In this document: positions 1 through 9,449 of the stretch, in pieces
Position numbering within the stretch: the stretch's first letter is position 1
Layout: every line of letters begins with the position of its first letter
The notes under the pieces: generated by a model
What the model saw: only the letters and a program-made list of their open reading frames with translations
Database searches by the model: none
Told to the model about the DNA's origin: nothing
Assembly (NCBI GenBank): GCA_014860395.1
Contig: JACZJU010000102.1
Coordinates: 808-64,807, forward strand
Source: Burkholderiales bacterium
Lineage (GTDB): Bacteria; Pseudomonadota; Gammaproteobacteria; Burkholderiales; SG8-39
Direction: 5' to 3'
DNA length: 64,000 bases
Made by a program: the position numbers and the translations under genes

Positions 1-1
1 C

Positions 2-1015
2 AAAAAGCAGCAGAAAAAGCGCATGCAGGAACTGGAGAAGGACCCGCTCACGCGCTGGCGGGTGACCAAGCTCGACTGGGAGCGCTTCAAGATGTACGAC
101 GTCTTTCGCGAGGTGTCGGAGCGCGCGCTGCGCGAAACCAGCAGCGCCAACGCGCCGTGGACCGTGGTCGAGGGCATGGATGCGCGCTATCGCAGCCTCA
201 CCGTCGGCAAGATGCTGCTGGAGGCGATGAAGAAGCGGCTGGAAAAAAGCAGCTACAAGGAGCGCCGGGTGCAGGTGCCGCCACTGCCGGAAATGGACAA
301 CCTCGGCCTGCTGCGCGACCTGGACATGAAGCAGAAGCTCGCCAAGGACAAGTACGATATCCAGCTGGAAAAATGGCAGGGGCGGCTTAACCTGCTGTCG
401 CGCGAAAGGAAGTATTTCAAGAAGCACTCGCTGATCCTGCTGTTCGAGGGCTCGGACGCCGCGGGCAAGGGCGGGGCGATCCGGCGCATTACCGCCGCCA
501 TCGACGCGCGGCATTTCCAGGTGGTGCCGGTGGCCGCGCCGACCGAGGAGGAGCGCGCGCAGCCCTATCTGTGGCGCTTCTGGCGCCATGCGCCGCGGCG
601 CGGGCGCATCACGATTTTCGACCGATCCTGGTACGGACGCGTGCTGGTGGAGCGCGTCGAAGGCTTTTGCGGCGTCGCCGACTGGATGCGCGCCTACAGC
701 GAGATCAACGATTTCGAGGAGCAGTTGACGCGCGGCGGCGCGATCGTGTGCAAGTTCTGGCTGCAGATCACCGCGGACGAACAGCTGGCGCGCTTCAACC
801 TGCGGCAGAAAACGACCTTCAAGCGCTTCAAGATTACCGAGGAGGACTGGCGCAACCGCAAGAAATGGGGCGAATACGAGCAGGCGGTGTGTGACATGAT
901 AGACCGCACCAGCACCGAGATCGCGCCGTGGACCGTGGTCGAGGCGGAGGACAAGTATTTCGCGCGCGTCAAAATCCTCAAGACCATCGTCGAGCGCATG
1001 CAGGCTGCGCTCTGA
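2..1015 (+). CDS. Polyphosphate kinase 2 family protein, probably two-domain polyphosphate:AMP phosphotransferase type; 5' end cut by window edge
   Basis: The reading frame is open from the window edge (ORF track 23..1015). PPK2 P-loop region LILLFEGSDAAGKGGAIRRI and FDRSWYGRVLVERVEGF are present. The first ~90 aa (APWTVVEGMDARYRSLTVGKMLL) look like the C-terminal end of a preceding PPK2 domain. Confidence 0.85.
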   Translation, partial: KKQQKKRMQELEKDPLTRWRVTKLDWERFKMYDVFREVSERALRETSSANAPWTVVEGMDARYRSLTVGKMLLEAMKKRLEKSSYKERRVQVPPLPEMDNLGLLRDLDMKQKLAKDKYDIQLEKWQGRLNLLSRERKYFKKHSLILLFEGSDAAGKGGAIRRITAAIDARHFQVVPVAAPTEEERAQPYLWRFWRHAPRRGRITIFDRSWYGRVLVERVEGFCGVADWMRAYSEINDFEEQLTRGGAIVCKFWLQITADEQLARFNLRQKTTFKRFKITEEDWRNRKKWGEYEQAVCDMIDRTSTEIAPWTVVEAEDKYFARVKILKTIVERMQAAL

Positions 1016-1117
1016 GGCAATTTCCGGGCGGTGATTTCGCCGCGCAGAATGCAACATCGCCGGTGTCGGAGCTGCCAACAGCAGCCTCGCCTGCCGGCAC
1101 AGCATAAGGAGGGAATT

Positions 1118-1621
1118 ATGAAAGCAGCATCAGGATTGGTATTGGGTGCGGCGCTGCTGGCCTTGTCAGTCCAGGCGCGGGCCGAGGAAACAGCCACTTA
1201 CACCACGCGCAACCTGACGGTGGAGACCGCGCTCAAGGCGGCGCAGGCGGCGTTGAAGAAATGTCGCGACAGCGGCTGGCAGGCGGCAGTCGCCGTGGTC
1301 GATCGCAGCGGCGCAGTGCAGGTGCTGCTGCGCGATCGCTACGCTGGGGCACATACCCCGCGCACCGCGAGCGGCAAAGCCTGGACCGCGGTGAGTTTTC
1401 GCAGCAACACCGGCGCCCTGGTAGACCTGACGCAGCCTGGCAAGGCGCAAAGCGGCGTGCGCAACCTGCCCGATGTCGTCATCCTGGGCGGCGGCATGAT
1501 GATCGAGGGCGGCGGCCAGATGTTAGGTGCGATCGGTGTCTCCGGCGCACCGGGGGGCGATGCCGACGAGGCCTGCGCCAAGGCGGGCATTGCCGCGATC
1601 CAGGAAAGTATCGAGTTCTAG
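1118..1621 (+). CDS. GlcG/HbpS-like (DUF336) heme-binding protein, secreted
   Basis: ATG at 1118 is preceded by AAGGAGGG. Signal peptide MKAASGLVLGAALLALSVQARA. C-terminal motif GGGMMIEGGGQMLGAIGVSGAPGGDADEACA is typical of the GlcG family. Confidence 0.85.
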   Translation: MKAASGLVLGAALLALSVQARAEETATYTTRNLTVETALKAAQAALKKCRDSGWQAAVAVVDRSGAVQVLLRDRYAGAHTPRTASGKAWTAVSFRSNTGALVDLTQPGKAQSGVRNLPDVVILGGGMMIEGGGQMLGAIGVSGAPGGDADEACAKAGIAAIQESIEF

Positions 1622-1631
1622 CTGCTCGGCG

Positions 1632-1916
1632 CTAGGCGACAGGCAGATTGAAACTGCGCCGGACGCTGATGCAGTCCTCCGACCCCGACTGAAACTCGCG
1701 GCACACCAGGGGTCGGTTGGCGTAGACGCTGCAGCTTGCCCGGCGTCCCAGCTCCCCCACCAGCGCGGCGCAGCGCTTGCCGTGGCACAGCATGCGCCCG
1801 TGCTCGAAGTCGATAAGCTCGTCCGGGATGCCGGCGGCGTCGCCGTCGCCGATGAATGCCGGCCAGGTCTCCGAGTAGGCGCAGCATGCGCCGCAAGAGA
1901 TGCAGTCAAAAGACAC
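1632..1916 (-). CDS. YkgJ-family (UPF0153) cysteine-cluster protein
   Basis: 94 aa with N-terminal CISCGACC (CxxCxxCC) plus further Cys (CHGKRC, C..C), the hallmark of the YkgJ zinc/iron-chelating family. Confidence 0.75.
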   Translation of the reverse strand: MSFDCISCGACCAYSETWPAFIGDGDAAGIPDELIDFEHGRMLCHGKRCAALVGELGRRASCSVYANRPLVCREFQSGSEDCISVRRSFNLPVA

Positions 1917-1976
1917 TAGTGTGTCGCCGGATCGCCGATGCAGGAACGGCTGTCGCAGAGCGAGGAGAAAGCCGGA

Positions 1977-2216
1977 TTATGCTGGAACCGGCTGCGATCG
2001 AAGTGGCGTCGCCGGTTTGCGCAGCCTCTCCCGCGTCCGCCTGGAGGAAAGCAGCAACACGAATTCGGTTATGTGCGCCTCCGCCTGCAATCGGGCGAGT
2101 TCGAACTCGTAGACTTGTTTCACCATCGCGAACTCATGCCCGGTTTCGACTGCAAGCGCCTTCATTGCATTCAGGTGTAGCACTTCTTGATCAGGATTTT
2201 CGAGGAGTCGCGGCAT
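1977..2216 (-). CDS. Hypothetical small protein (79 aa from internal ATG)
   Basis: ORF track 1977..2282. The internal ATG at 2216 has AAGGA 8 nt upstream. No family recognised by eye. Confidence 0.45.
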   Translation of the reverse strand: MPRLLENPDQEVLHLNAMKALAVETGHEFAMVKQVYEFELARLQAEAHITEFVLLLSSRRTRERLRKPATPLRSQPVPA

Positions 2217-2548
2217 AGGGAATGTCCTTGGGGTCGTTGTCTGCGTTACTGCCGCCGCGTTGGTCGAGTCTGAGTACGGCAACGCTCGACCAGCGCGCGG
2301 GCGTCGCGGTGGCGAACAACAGGCGGCATTATATTGCGGGCCAAGTGATCATGCTGACCGGCGGTGATCTCTTTGCGTGATGCGCCGCATCAAAACATGT
2401 GATTGCCGGCAGAGCCGCAATATGCTTGCGGCAACGAAATATGAATCTGGGCACTCTGGATCTGCCTGCGCGCACCCGATCGCATGCGTTTTGATTCGAT
2501 TGCGGCGGTTTGAACCAATCAGGGCTGGCCGCCGGAGCAACCGGGGGC

Positions 2549-2580
2549 AAAAAAAGCCGCGGGTCAAACGTCCGCGGCTT
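2549..2580 (-). terminator. Rho-independent terminator downstream of the PhoX-like gene
   Basis: On the minus strand, stem AGCCGCGG / CCGCGGCT with a 9-nt loop is followed by a run of 7 T (plus strand aaaaaaagccgcgggtcaaacgtccgcggctt). Confidence 0.7.
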
Positions 2581-2622
2581 AAGCAGATACGATCGACTGG
2601 ACGTCGATCGAGGCGGCCCGAT

Positions 2623-4977
2623 CTATCGCATCGCGGGAACGCCAGCGAGATAACCCACTTCCGCCTTGTCTGGGTTGATGCCGCCGATGATGGCGTCGTA
2701 GGTCGCCTGCGTGGTGCCGTTCTTGTCGCCCGCGTGCTGGTAATTGCTCATGATGTAGGCGTGGCCGTTCATGTTGTCCACTACCTGCAGGCCGGTGGAT
2801 TCCGCGCCCATCGGCAACGACAGGATGCGCACCAGTTTCCCGGTGTCGACGTGATAAGCCCAGAGATAGTTGTTGACGTGATTGCCGCTGTCCTCGCCGA
2901 TGAACAGCACGCGCATGCGCTCGGAGAAGGCTACGTTGTCCGGGCTGGCGATCTTCTCCAGCTGCGACTTGTTGCCGTCGGTATCCGCGCTCATGTCTTC
3001 GCCCACCACCAGCGCCTCCATTACGACGGGCACGAGATCGCTGTTTATGACCTCGCCGCTGCTGTCCACCTGATTCGGCTTCAGCGTCAACTGATAGACC
3101 GCGCCGGAGGAGTTCTTCTTCAGGCGGATGTCGTTGGCGGGATCGGCGGACTTGTTCTCCATGCCATTGGTCATGCGCGTCATCGCGGCATAAGCCTTGC
3201 CGTCCTTGGCGTTGTAGGCGACGCCCTCGAATTTTTCGAATTCGACGGTGGCGCCCTTGTAGGCGGCATAACGGCGGGTCTCGAGGAAGGCCGCCAGTGT
3301 AGCGATGTCCACGCCGGTCGAGCCGAAGGTGCCCGTCTTCAGCTTCAGGTCTTCCACCGTCGCTGTTTCATGTCCATGCTTGATCCGGGTAAATCCCGCG
3401 GCCGGCGCGGCGCCACCGGTGGTGTCCACATCGAACAAGTCGCTGAACTTGACGCCGGCATCCACGGCCTTCTTGATGTCTTCGTGCGTGGCATGGCCGA
3501 GCTTGATCCAGGTCAGCGTGGCCTTGCCGCCGTCGGTGCCGTCGGCGGATACCTGGTTCCACTTGGCGGCATAGAGGGTGCCAGTGGACAGATCTGCAGC
3601 CTTGTCGGCGACGAACATGGTCAAGGAAGTGTAGGTGCCGTCATCGCCCTGGATCGCGGTGCGCGAATCGCCGAAGAACTGCGCCTTCTCGCGCGATACC
3701 CGGCCGAGGGTATACCACTTTTGCACGGTGCTGCTGCCGTCCGTCGCAATGCTGACTTCGGGAACCCGGCCGTAATTGTAGGGCGATGCGGTCGTATCGC
3801 CGTACAGCGTACGGAACGCATCCATGCGCGCGGTGTATTCCATGCTGGTGCAGGAACTGCTGGCCGCGTAGGTGGTATCCGCCTCGCAACGCGCATCCGG
3901 CTCGTACTCTTCGGAGCCGAGGTGGGTGTTCCAGGGCGAGCGGCTGCCCGCACAGGGAATCCACAGTCCGTTCACGGCGGAGAAATCGACCTGCTTGACG
4001 GAGTCGACCGTGAATTTGCCGTCAGTGCTGCTCTGGCTGAGTTTGGCCAGGGTCATGAGCATGGGCAGTTTGCCATACCAGTTGTTGCCCGCGCTGTCGT
4101 TGTTTTCGTATTCGAAGTGGGTCACCAGATAGGGCGTGCCGCCGATATTCATCAGCGAATTGGCGTCCGGCGTCTGCGGCACATAGGGCTTGCCGTTGAC
4201 GTCCTTCAGGATGTTGCCGCTCTTGTCGCGGACCGCTGCGGCCGCGGCGCCGTCCGCGGTCTTGTCCGTGTCGGTGTTGTTGAACAGGTTCACGTAGGAA
4301 AGCGGGAACTCCTTGGTGGTGTTATCCGCGTAAGTCACCTTGACCGTGGAACTGGTATAGGTCAGCGCACGCTGGGCGGCGCTCAGGCCGCTGATGTCGG
4401 TAGGCGTGAACTCGACCGACTTCACGTCTGCCGGAGCCGAAAGCAGATGCTGGGCGACTTTGTCCAGCGCAGTGGGTGTAAGACCCGCGCTCGCCAATAC
4501 CGTGTTCGCCGCATCCAGGGAGTCGATGGTGGTGGCTGCCACAGACGAGAATTTGGCGGCATGGACGCCGACATCGATGCTGGTGTCGGTGGGCGAGGCT
4601 GCCGCGGCCGTCTGGATTACCTGGGCGACGGCGAGCGATTTTTCATCGGTCTCGTCGGTGACCCCGGCCAGATCCTTCGGGCGAACGACCAGATTGCCAC
4701 CCTGGGTGCCAAGGGCAACGCTGGCCATGTCGGCGGAGCCCAGCGTGACATTGGCGATCTTGAAGCTGACAGTATCGCCGGCGGCGTACTTGAACTCGCC
4801 GTTGGCGTTCGTCGACCCGGAGATGCCACTGCTGCTGGTGTAGCTGACACCTTTGACGACCGAGTCGGAAAGGACGCCGGTGAGCTGGGGTGCGGCGCTG
4901 CTGCCGTTGTCACTGCTGCCGCATGCGGCCAGCGCCATGCTGCCCGCCACCGCCAGGCAAATCGTTTTCATGTGCAT
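2623..4977 (-). CDS. PhoX-like (DUF839) secreted phosphatase, lipoprotein, with long N-terminal extension
   Basis: ATG at 4977 has GGAG upstream. Lipobox signal MHMKTICLAVAGSMALAAC. PhoX-like motifs SPWNTHLGSEEYEPD and SPDNVAF...LFIGEDSGNHVNNYLWAY...GAESTGL...YIMSNYQHAGD. Sits in a Pho-regulon neighbourhood. Confidence 0.6.
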   Translation of the reverse strand: MHMKTICLAVAGSMALAACGSSDNGSSAAPQLTGVLSDSVVKGVSYTSSSGISGSTNANGEFKYAAGDTVSFKIANVTLGSADMASVALGTQGGNLVVRPKDLAGVTDETDEKSLAVAQVIQTAAAASPTDTSIDVGVHAAKFSSVAATTIDSLDAANTVLASAGLTPTALDKVAQHLLSAPADVKSVEFTPTDISGLSAAQRALTYTSSTVKVTYADNTTKEFPLSYVNLFNNTDTDKTADGAAAAAVRDKSGNILKDVNGKPYVPQTPDANSLMNIGGTPYLVTHFEYENNDSAGNNWYGKLPMLMTLAKLSQSSTDGKFTVDSVKQVDFSAVNGLWIPCAGSRSPWNTHLGSEEYEPDARCEADTTYAASSSCTSMEYTARMDAFRTLYGDTTASPYNYGRVPEVSIATDGSSTVQKWYTLGRVSREKAQFFGDSRTAIQGDDGTYTSLTMFVADKAADLSTGTLYAAKWNQVSADGTDGGKATLTWIKLGHATHEDIKKAVDAGVKFSDLFDVDTTGGAAPAAGFTRIKHGHETATVEDLKLKTGTFGSTGVDIATLAAFLETRRYAAYKGATVEFEKFEGVAYNAKDGKAYAAMTRMTNGMENKSADPANDIRLKKNSSGAVYQLTLKPNQVDSSGEVINSDLVPVVMEALVVGEDMSADTDGNKSQLEKIASPDNVAFSERMRVLFIGEDSGNHVNNYLWAYHVDTGKLVRILSLPMGAESTGLQVVDNMNGHAYIMSNYQHAGDKNGTTQATYDAIIGGINPDKAEVGYLAGVPAMR

Positions 4978-5156
4978 TGGAAATACTCCATATCGGGTTG
5001 AGGAAGTCGGGGCCAGACCACGCGGGACTGGTCGGCGACACGATATGGAAATCACATTGCGGAATGATTACGTCTTTGTTGCAGTTGTGCTTGCGCGGGT
5101 CCGTGGCTTCAGCCGGCAGAGTGCGGCATGTGCGGCGTGTTCAGCTATGCCGCGCC

Positions 5157-5192
5157 AGTGACCGGCGCGGCAAAGGCTGCCGCCCGGTCACT
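5157..5192 (-). terminator. Hairpin downstream of the thiolase gene (possible terminator, no U-tract)
   Basis: Sequence agtgaccggcgcggcaaaggctgccgcccggtcact has outer stem AGTGACCGG/CCGGTCACT and inner stem CGGCA/TGCCG. It begins 15 nt after the stop at 5207. Confidence 0.35.
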
Positions 5193-5206
5193 GGCTGATG
5201 ACAGCG

Positions 5207-6388
5207 TTACGCGCGCTCGAACACCGCCGCGATGCCCTGACCGCCGCCGATGCACATGGTCACCAGCGCATAGCGGCCACCGCAGCGCTGCAGTTCGTGT
5301 AGCGCCTTGACTGTCAGCAGGCAGCCGGTGGCGCCGATGGGATGCCCCAGCGCCACGGCGCCGCCGTTGGGGTTGGTCTTCGTCGGGTCGAACTGCAGAT
5401 CCTTGGCCACGGCGCAGGCCTGGGCTGCGAACGCCTCGTTGGATTCGACCACGTCCATGTCGCTCACCTTGAGCTTGGCGCGCGCGAGCGCCGACTGCAC
5501 CGCGAGCACCGGGCCGATACCCATGTATTTGGGATCGACGCCAGCATGCCCGTAGGCGAGCAGCCGCGCCATCGGCTTCAGGCCTTGCTTCGCAGCGGCT
5601 GCGGCCTCCATCAGCACCACCGCCGCCGCGCCGTCGTTGATGCCGGAGGCGTTGCCGGCAGTGACCGAGCCGTCTTTCTTGAACACAGTCTTGAGCTTAG
5701 CCATGCCTTCCATGCTCGCATCGGCGCGCGGGTGCTCGTCGGTATCGAACACGGTCACGCCCTTGCGCGTCTTGAGTTCGATCGGCAGGATCTGCTCCTT
5801 GAAGTAGCCCTTTTGAATCGCGTTGATTGCGCGGCGGTGGCTTTCCACCGCGAATTCGTCCTGCTGTTGGCGTGTGATGCTCCATCTCGCGGCAACGTTC
5901 TCGGCGGTGATGCCCATGTGCACGGTGTCGAAGGGGTCGGTGAGCGCCCCCACCATCATGTCCACCGTGCCGCCGTCGCCCATGCGCTGGCCCCAGCGCA
6001 GTGTCGGCATCAGGTAGCCGCCGCGGCTCATCGATTCCGCTCCGCCCGCAAGCGCGATATCGGCATCGCCCAGCAGGATCGCCTGCGCGGCGCTGACGAT
6101 CGCCTGCATGCCGCTGCCGCACAGGCGGTTGAGCGTCATTGCCGGCGTGTGGTGGGCGAGGCCGGCATCGATCATGGCGACGCGCGACAGGTACATGTCC
6201 CTGGGTTCGGTATGGATGACGTGGCCGAACACCACGTGGCCGACGTCTTTCGGATCGATTTTGGCGCGCGCAACCGCTTCGCGCGCGACTTTGGCCGCGA
6301 GTTCGGTCGGCGCAATGTCTTTGAGCGCGCCGCCGTAATCACCGATTGCGGTGCGCACACCGCTTACTACCACGACTTGTCTGCTCAT
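5207..6388 (-). CDS. Acetyl-CoA C-acetyltransferase (thiolase II)
   Basis: MSRQVVVVSGVRTAIGDYGG N-terminus with AGGAG upstream of the ATG at 6388. Active-site regions NRLCGSGMQA, NEAFAAQ and GHPIGATGC ... CIGGGQGIA. Confidence 0.93.
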   Translation of the reverse strand: MSRQVVVVSGVRTAIGDYGGALKDIAPTELAAKVAREAVARAKIDPKDVGHVVFGHVIHTEPRDMYLSRVAMIDAGLAHHTPAMTLNRLCGSGMQAIVSAAQAILLGDADIALAGGAESMSRGGYLMPTLRWGQRMGDGGTVDMMVGALTDPFDTVHMGITAENVAARWSITRQQQDEFAVESHRRAINAIQKGYFKEQILPIELKTRKGVTVFDTDEHPRADASMEGMAKLKTVFKKDGSVTAGNASGINDGAAAVVLMEAAAAAKQGLKPMARLLAYGHAGVDPKYMGIGPVLAVQSALARAKLKVSDMDVVESNEAFAAQACAVAKDLQFDPTKTNPNGGAVALGHPIGATGCLLTVKALHELQRCGGRYALVTMCIGGGQGIAAVFERA

Positions 6389-6875
6389 CTGCGTTCTCCT
6401 TGATAGTGCGCGGCACGCCGCTGTGCCCGCGCAGGCAATGATGCCGTCGGACAATGTTACGCCCTTTGCGTCAGGTCAAAGCGTCTTGCAGAAATTCGGT
6501 GCGCGGTAAGACAAGACCAACCGAAAGCGGACGAGTTCAAGGGAGAGGGCGGACCTGGACGAAGTTGAGCGCGCGGAATTCCCCCGGGTCGGGCGCGCTG
6601 TCATCGTTCTGTAACACCGCTGGTGGCAGACTATTATCTGTGCAGACAGGAAAAACGCCGGCAGATCGCCGACTTGCGCGGCCGCAGCGAAGTTTTGCAC
6701 AGGCATATCCACAGATTTTGTGGGTAATTTCCCGTGAGTCGAGGTTTGCGCGATGTAGTGCGCGACACGGCTGCCGTGAAAATTTCACGCTGTCCGATTG
6801 CGGCGGGCGAATTGAGCTGTTCTGTCACGCAGCAGATCAAGACTGAAGCCAGACAATAAGTGATAGGGAGGGGCA

Positions 6876-7121
6876 ATGAAGGAGATGAGGGTCACCGGCG
6901 CTCAACAGAAGGTTCTGCAAATCCTTTCGCGCAAGGATATTTCCGCTATACGCAGAAATCCCAAGCTCGTCGCCGGCGCGAAGCACTTGCTGCTCGCATG
7001 CAAGAAGGCAATCAGGAAAGTGGAAGGGATTCCGCAGTACGCCTCGCGCAAGAAGCGTGAGACGGCGTACCGGCACATCGTCGCCATTTGCCGCAAGGCG
7101 ATAGACGAAGCCGAGCGTTAG
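6876..7121 (+). CDS. Hypothetical small basic protein (81 aa)
   Basis: GGGAGGGG Shine-Dalgarno 5 nt before the ATG. No recognisable family. Lies in a lower-GC gene-poor islet. Confidence 0.45.
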   Translation: MKEMRVTGAQQKVLQILSRKDISAIRRNPKLVAGAKHLLLACKKAIRKVEGIPQYASRKKRETAYRHIVAICRKAIDEAER

Positions 7122-7290
7122 CACGATTTCATTCTGAAAACACTGACGAGAACAAAGTACGGCGCAGAGTCAGAGACAATTCACATTTCCGTCAAAGCAC
7201 TGTCACTTTTCACCTCTATTGTGGGCATCTTGCGGCAGACCTGATCCGGACTGCCTTTGGATATCACAATCTGTAGAGGAGAATTTGATC

Positions 7291-7611
7291 ATGACCGACC
7301 AGAAGAGGGCTGTTCCGGCCGCCGACCGCGCGGATCGGAGCGCGCGGCCGACCGAGCTCAGACAAACCATCGCCGCCGTCATTGCCGTGACCCGGCGCGA
7401 GTGGATTTCACAAATGCCAGCGATGCCTGCACCCGAAGAAACCGCGCTCAAGCGCGCCCGGTTCGCGCACCCATTGGTCAGATATATTTTTGATTCCAAG
7501 CGCAACAGTTCCTGGCGCGCGCGGGTAGGGCGGCAGGGGCGCAAGCAAAGCGCGGAACGGTTTGCAGACCCGGATTGTGCGCCGGGGCGGCGCAGGCTGG
7601 AGCCTGTTTGA
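7291..7611 (+). CDS. Hypothetical protein (106 aa), weak AP2-like DNA-binding motif
   Basis: GAGGAG is 8 nt before the ATG at 7291 (inside ORF track 7219..7611). Segment VRYIFDSKRNSSWRARVGRQGRKQSAERF resembles the first half of a bacterial AP2 domain. The stop codon lies in REP-like copy E. Confidence 0.35.
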   Translation: MTDQKRAVPAADRADRSARPTELRQTIAAVIAVTRREWISQMPAMPAPEETALKRARFAHPLVRYIFDSKRNSSWRARVGRQGRKQSAERFADPDCAPGRRRLEPV

Positions 7612-7640
7612 AAATGAGGGCATATCCTTCCCTCATGGCC
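7601..7640 (+). repeat. REP-like hairpin element, copy E (degenerate)
   Basis: gcctgtttgaaaatgagggcatatccttccctcatgg aligns with copy A (gcctatttcaaaatgaggggatacatcccctcacg). Lies between convergent genes. Confidence 0.45.
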
Positions 7641-7642
7641 AA

Positions 7643-8635
7643 TTAAAGATACTGTTGGCCCAGGAACCAAGCGACCGCGGCGATGAAGGCGGAACAGGGT
7701 ATGGTGAGTATCCAGGCCCAGACGATATTGCCGGCCACGCCCCAGCGCACGGCATTGAATCGGTTCACCGATCCCACGCCGACGATGGCGCCGGTGATGG
7801 TGTGGGTGGTGGAAACCGGGACGCCCAGCCAGGTGGCGAGAAACAGGGTGATCGCACCGCCGGTTTCGGCACAGGCGCCGCCCACGGGTTTGAGCTTGGT
7901 GATTCTCTGGCCCATGGTTTTGACGATGCGCCAGCCGCCGAACATCGTGCCGAGCGCCATCGCCGACTGACAGGCCATCACTACCCAGAACGGCAGCGGA
8001 TCGCTTTGGCCGAGCTGGTCCCCCGCGATCAGCAGCATCCAGATGATGCCCATGGTTTTTTGCGCATCGTTGCCGCCGTGCCCGAGGCTGTAGAGCGAGG
8101 CCGAGACGAACTGCAGCCGGCGGAACCAGCGGTCGACGCGGCGCGGTGTAGTGCGCGAGAACATCCACGATACGGCAAGCATCAGTGTCCCGCCGAGTAC
8201 CATGCCCAGCAGCGGTGACAGCACGATCGCGGCGGTAGTTTTGAGAAAGCCGGCCGCCACCAGCGACTCCACCCCGCCCTTGGCCACCGCCGCGCCGGCG
8301 AGCCCGCCGATCAGGGCATGCGAGGAACTCGAGGGAATGCCGAAATACCAGGTGATGATGTTCCAGCTGATCGCCCCGATGAGCGCGCCGAATACAACAT
8401 AGTGATCGACGATGTCCGGATCGATGATGCCCTTGCCCACGGTGGCGGCGACCAGCAGGCCGAAGAACAGGAAGGCGATGAAATTGAAAAACGCCGCCCA
8501 CAGGACCGCCCACTGCGGCCGCATGACGCGCGTCGACACGATGGTGGCGATGGAATTGGCCGCGTCATGGAAGCCGTTGAGGAAATCGAAAGCGAGTGCC
8601 AGCGCGATCAGTAAGACGAGTTCATGGAGGCTCAT
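7643..8635 (-). CDS. pit: Inorganic phosphate transporter, PiT family
   Basis: N-terminal FDFLNGFHDAANSIAT and the second-half repeat GHGGNDAQKTMG are both PiT signature motifs. Multi-TM protein of 330 aa. Confidence 0.93.
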   Translation of the reverse strand: MSLHELVLLIALALAFDFLNGFHDAANSIATIVSTRVMRPQWAVLWAAFFNFIAFLFFGLLVAATVGKGIIDPDIVDHYVVFGALIGAISWNIITWYFGIPSSSSHALIGGLAGAAVAKGGVESLVAAGFLKTTAAIVLSPLLGMVLGGTLMLAVSWMFSRTTPRRVDRWFRRLQFVSASLYSLGHGGNDAQKTMGIIWMLLIAGDQLGQSDPLPFWVVMACQSAMALGTMFGGWRIVKTMGQRITKLKPVGGACAETGGAITLFLATWLGVPVSTTHTITGAIVGVGSVNRFNAVRWGVAGNIVWAWILTIPCSAFIAAVAWFLGQQYL

Positions 8636-8650
8636 TGGCGGAGGCCGCGC

Positions 8651-9277
8651 TCAGGCGTTTTCGATCACGATGCCCTGGATGATGTTGGCCACATCCTCGC
8701 AGCGGTCGGTCACTGTCTCCAGGTGCTCGTACACCGTGCGCAGCTTGATCAGCTCGCGCACGTCGGGCTCGTCGCGAAACAGGCGTCCGATGGCCGCGCG
8801 CATCACGTGGTCGGCGTCGGACTCGAGCCGGTCTATTTCCCGGCATATCGCCATGATCGCATCGGCGTTGTCCATGCTGGAGAGCAAAGCCACGGCGCTT
8901 TTTACCTTGTCGCAGCATTCCACGCAGATGTCCGCGAGTTTTTTAGCGTCCGGCGACAGGACGCGCACGTCGTACAGGAACATGAGCTGCGCCGAGTCCT
9001 CGATCAGGTCGAGGATATTGTCCATTTCGGAGATCAGCTGGTGAATATCGTCGCGGTCGATCGGCGTGATGAAGGTCTTGTGCAGCAGTTCGATCGTGTT
9101 GCGGGTAATCTTATCGCCGCGCTTTTCTATCGTCTCGACGTTGCGTGCGCGCCGCTCGAGATCGTCGCCGCTGGCCATCAGCGCCGCCAATTCGCGGCTG
9201 CCCTCCAGTATCAGCGCCGCGTGTTCATTGAACAGATCGAAGAATTTGCCCTCGCGCGGCATGAAGCGACTGAACAT
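8651..9277 (-). CDS. DUF47 / PhoU-like Pit accessory protein (YkaA family)
   Basis: MFSRFMPREGKFFDLFNEHA start and helical DUF47-type sequence (IEKRGDKITRNTIELLHKTFITPIDRDDIHQL). Lies immediately upstream of pit in the same orientation. Confidence 0.88.
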   Translation of the reverse strand: MFSRFMPREGKFFDLFNEHAALILEGSRELAALMASGDDLERRARNVETIEKRGDKITRNTIELLHKTFITPIDRDDIHQLISEMDNILDLIEDSAQLMFLYDVRVLSPDAKKLADICVECCDKVKSAVALLSSMDNADAIMAICREIDRLESDADHVMRAAIGRLFRDEPDVRELIKLRTVYEHLETVTDRCEDVANIIQGIVIENA

Positions 9278-9449
9278 CGCGACCTCGACTGGAAGATGGA
9301 ATTATTGGTTATTAACGAGCTGGGCGGCTTCTGCAATCGCCGCCTTTTCGAGGCAGGATTGTAGCAATAGACGCAGGCGCTGTCCCGAAAAAAACTGCCG
9401 TGCCGCATTTTTTAAAGAAACCAGGCAGCGGTGGCCGGTGCGCGGGAAC

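Noticed and set aside
2377-5001. 874-aa plus-strand ORF
   Set aside because: It is antisense to the PhoX-like gene. Its Gly/Ala/Arg/Val-rich low-complexity translation has no motifs. This is a typical shadow ORF of GC-rich coding DNA.
7203-8513. 436-aa minus-strand ORF overlapping pit in another frame
   Set aside because: The pit frame (7643..8635) carries the PiT signature motifs. This frame is Arg/Gly-rich nonsense.
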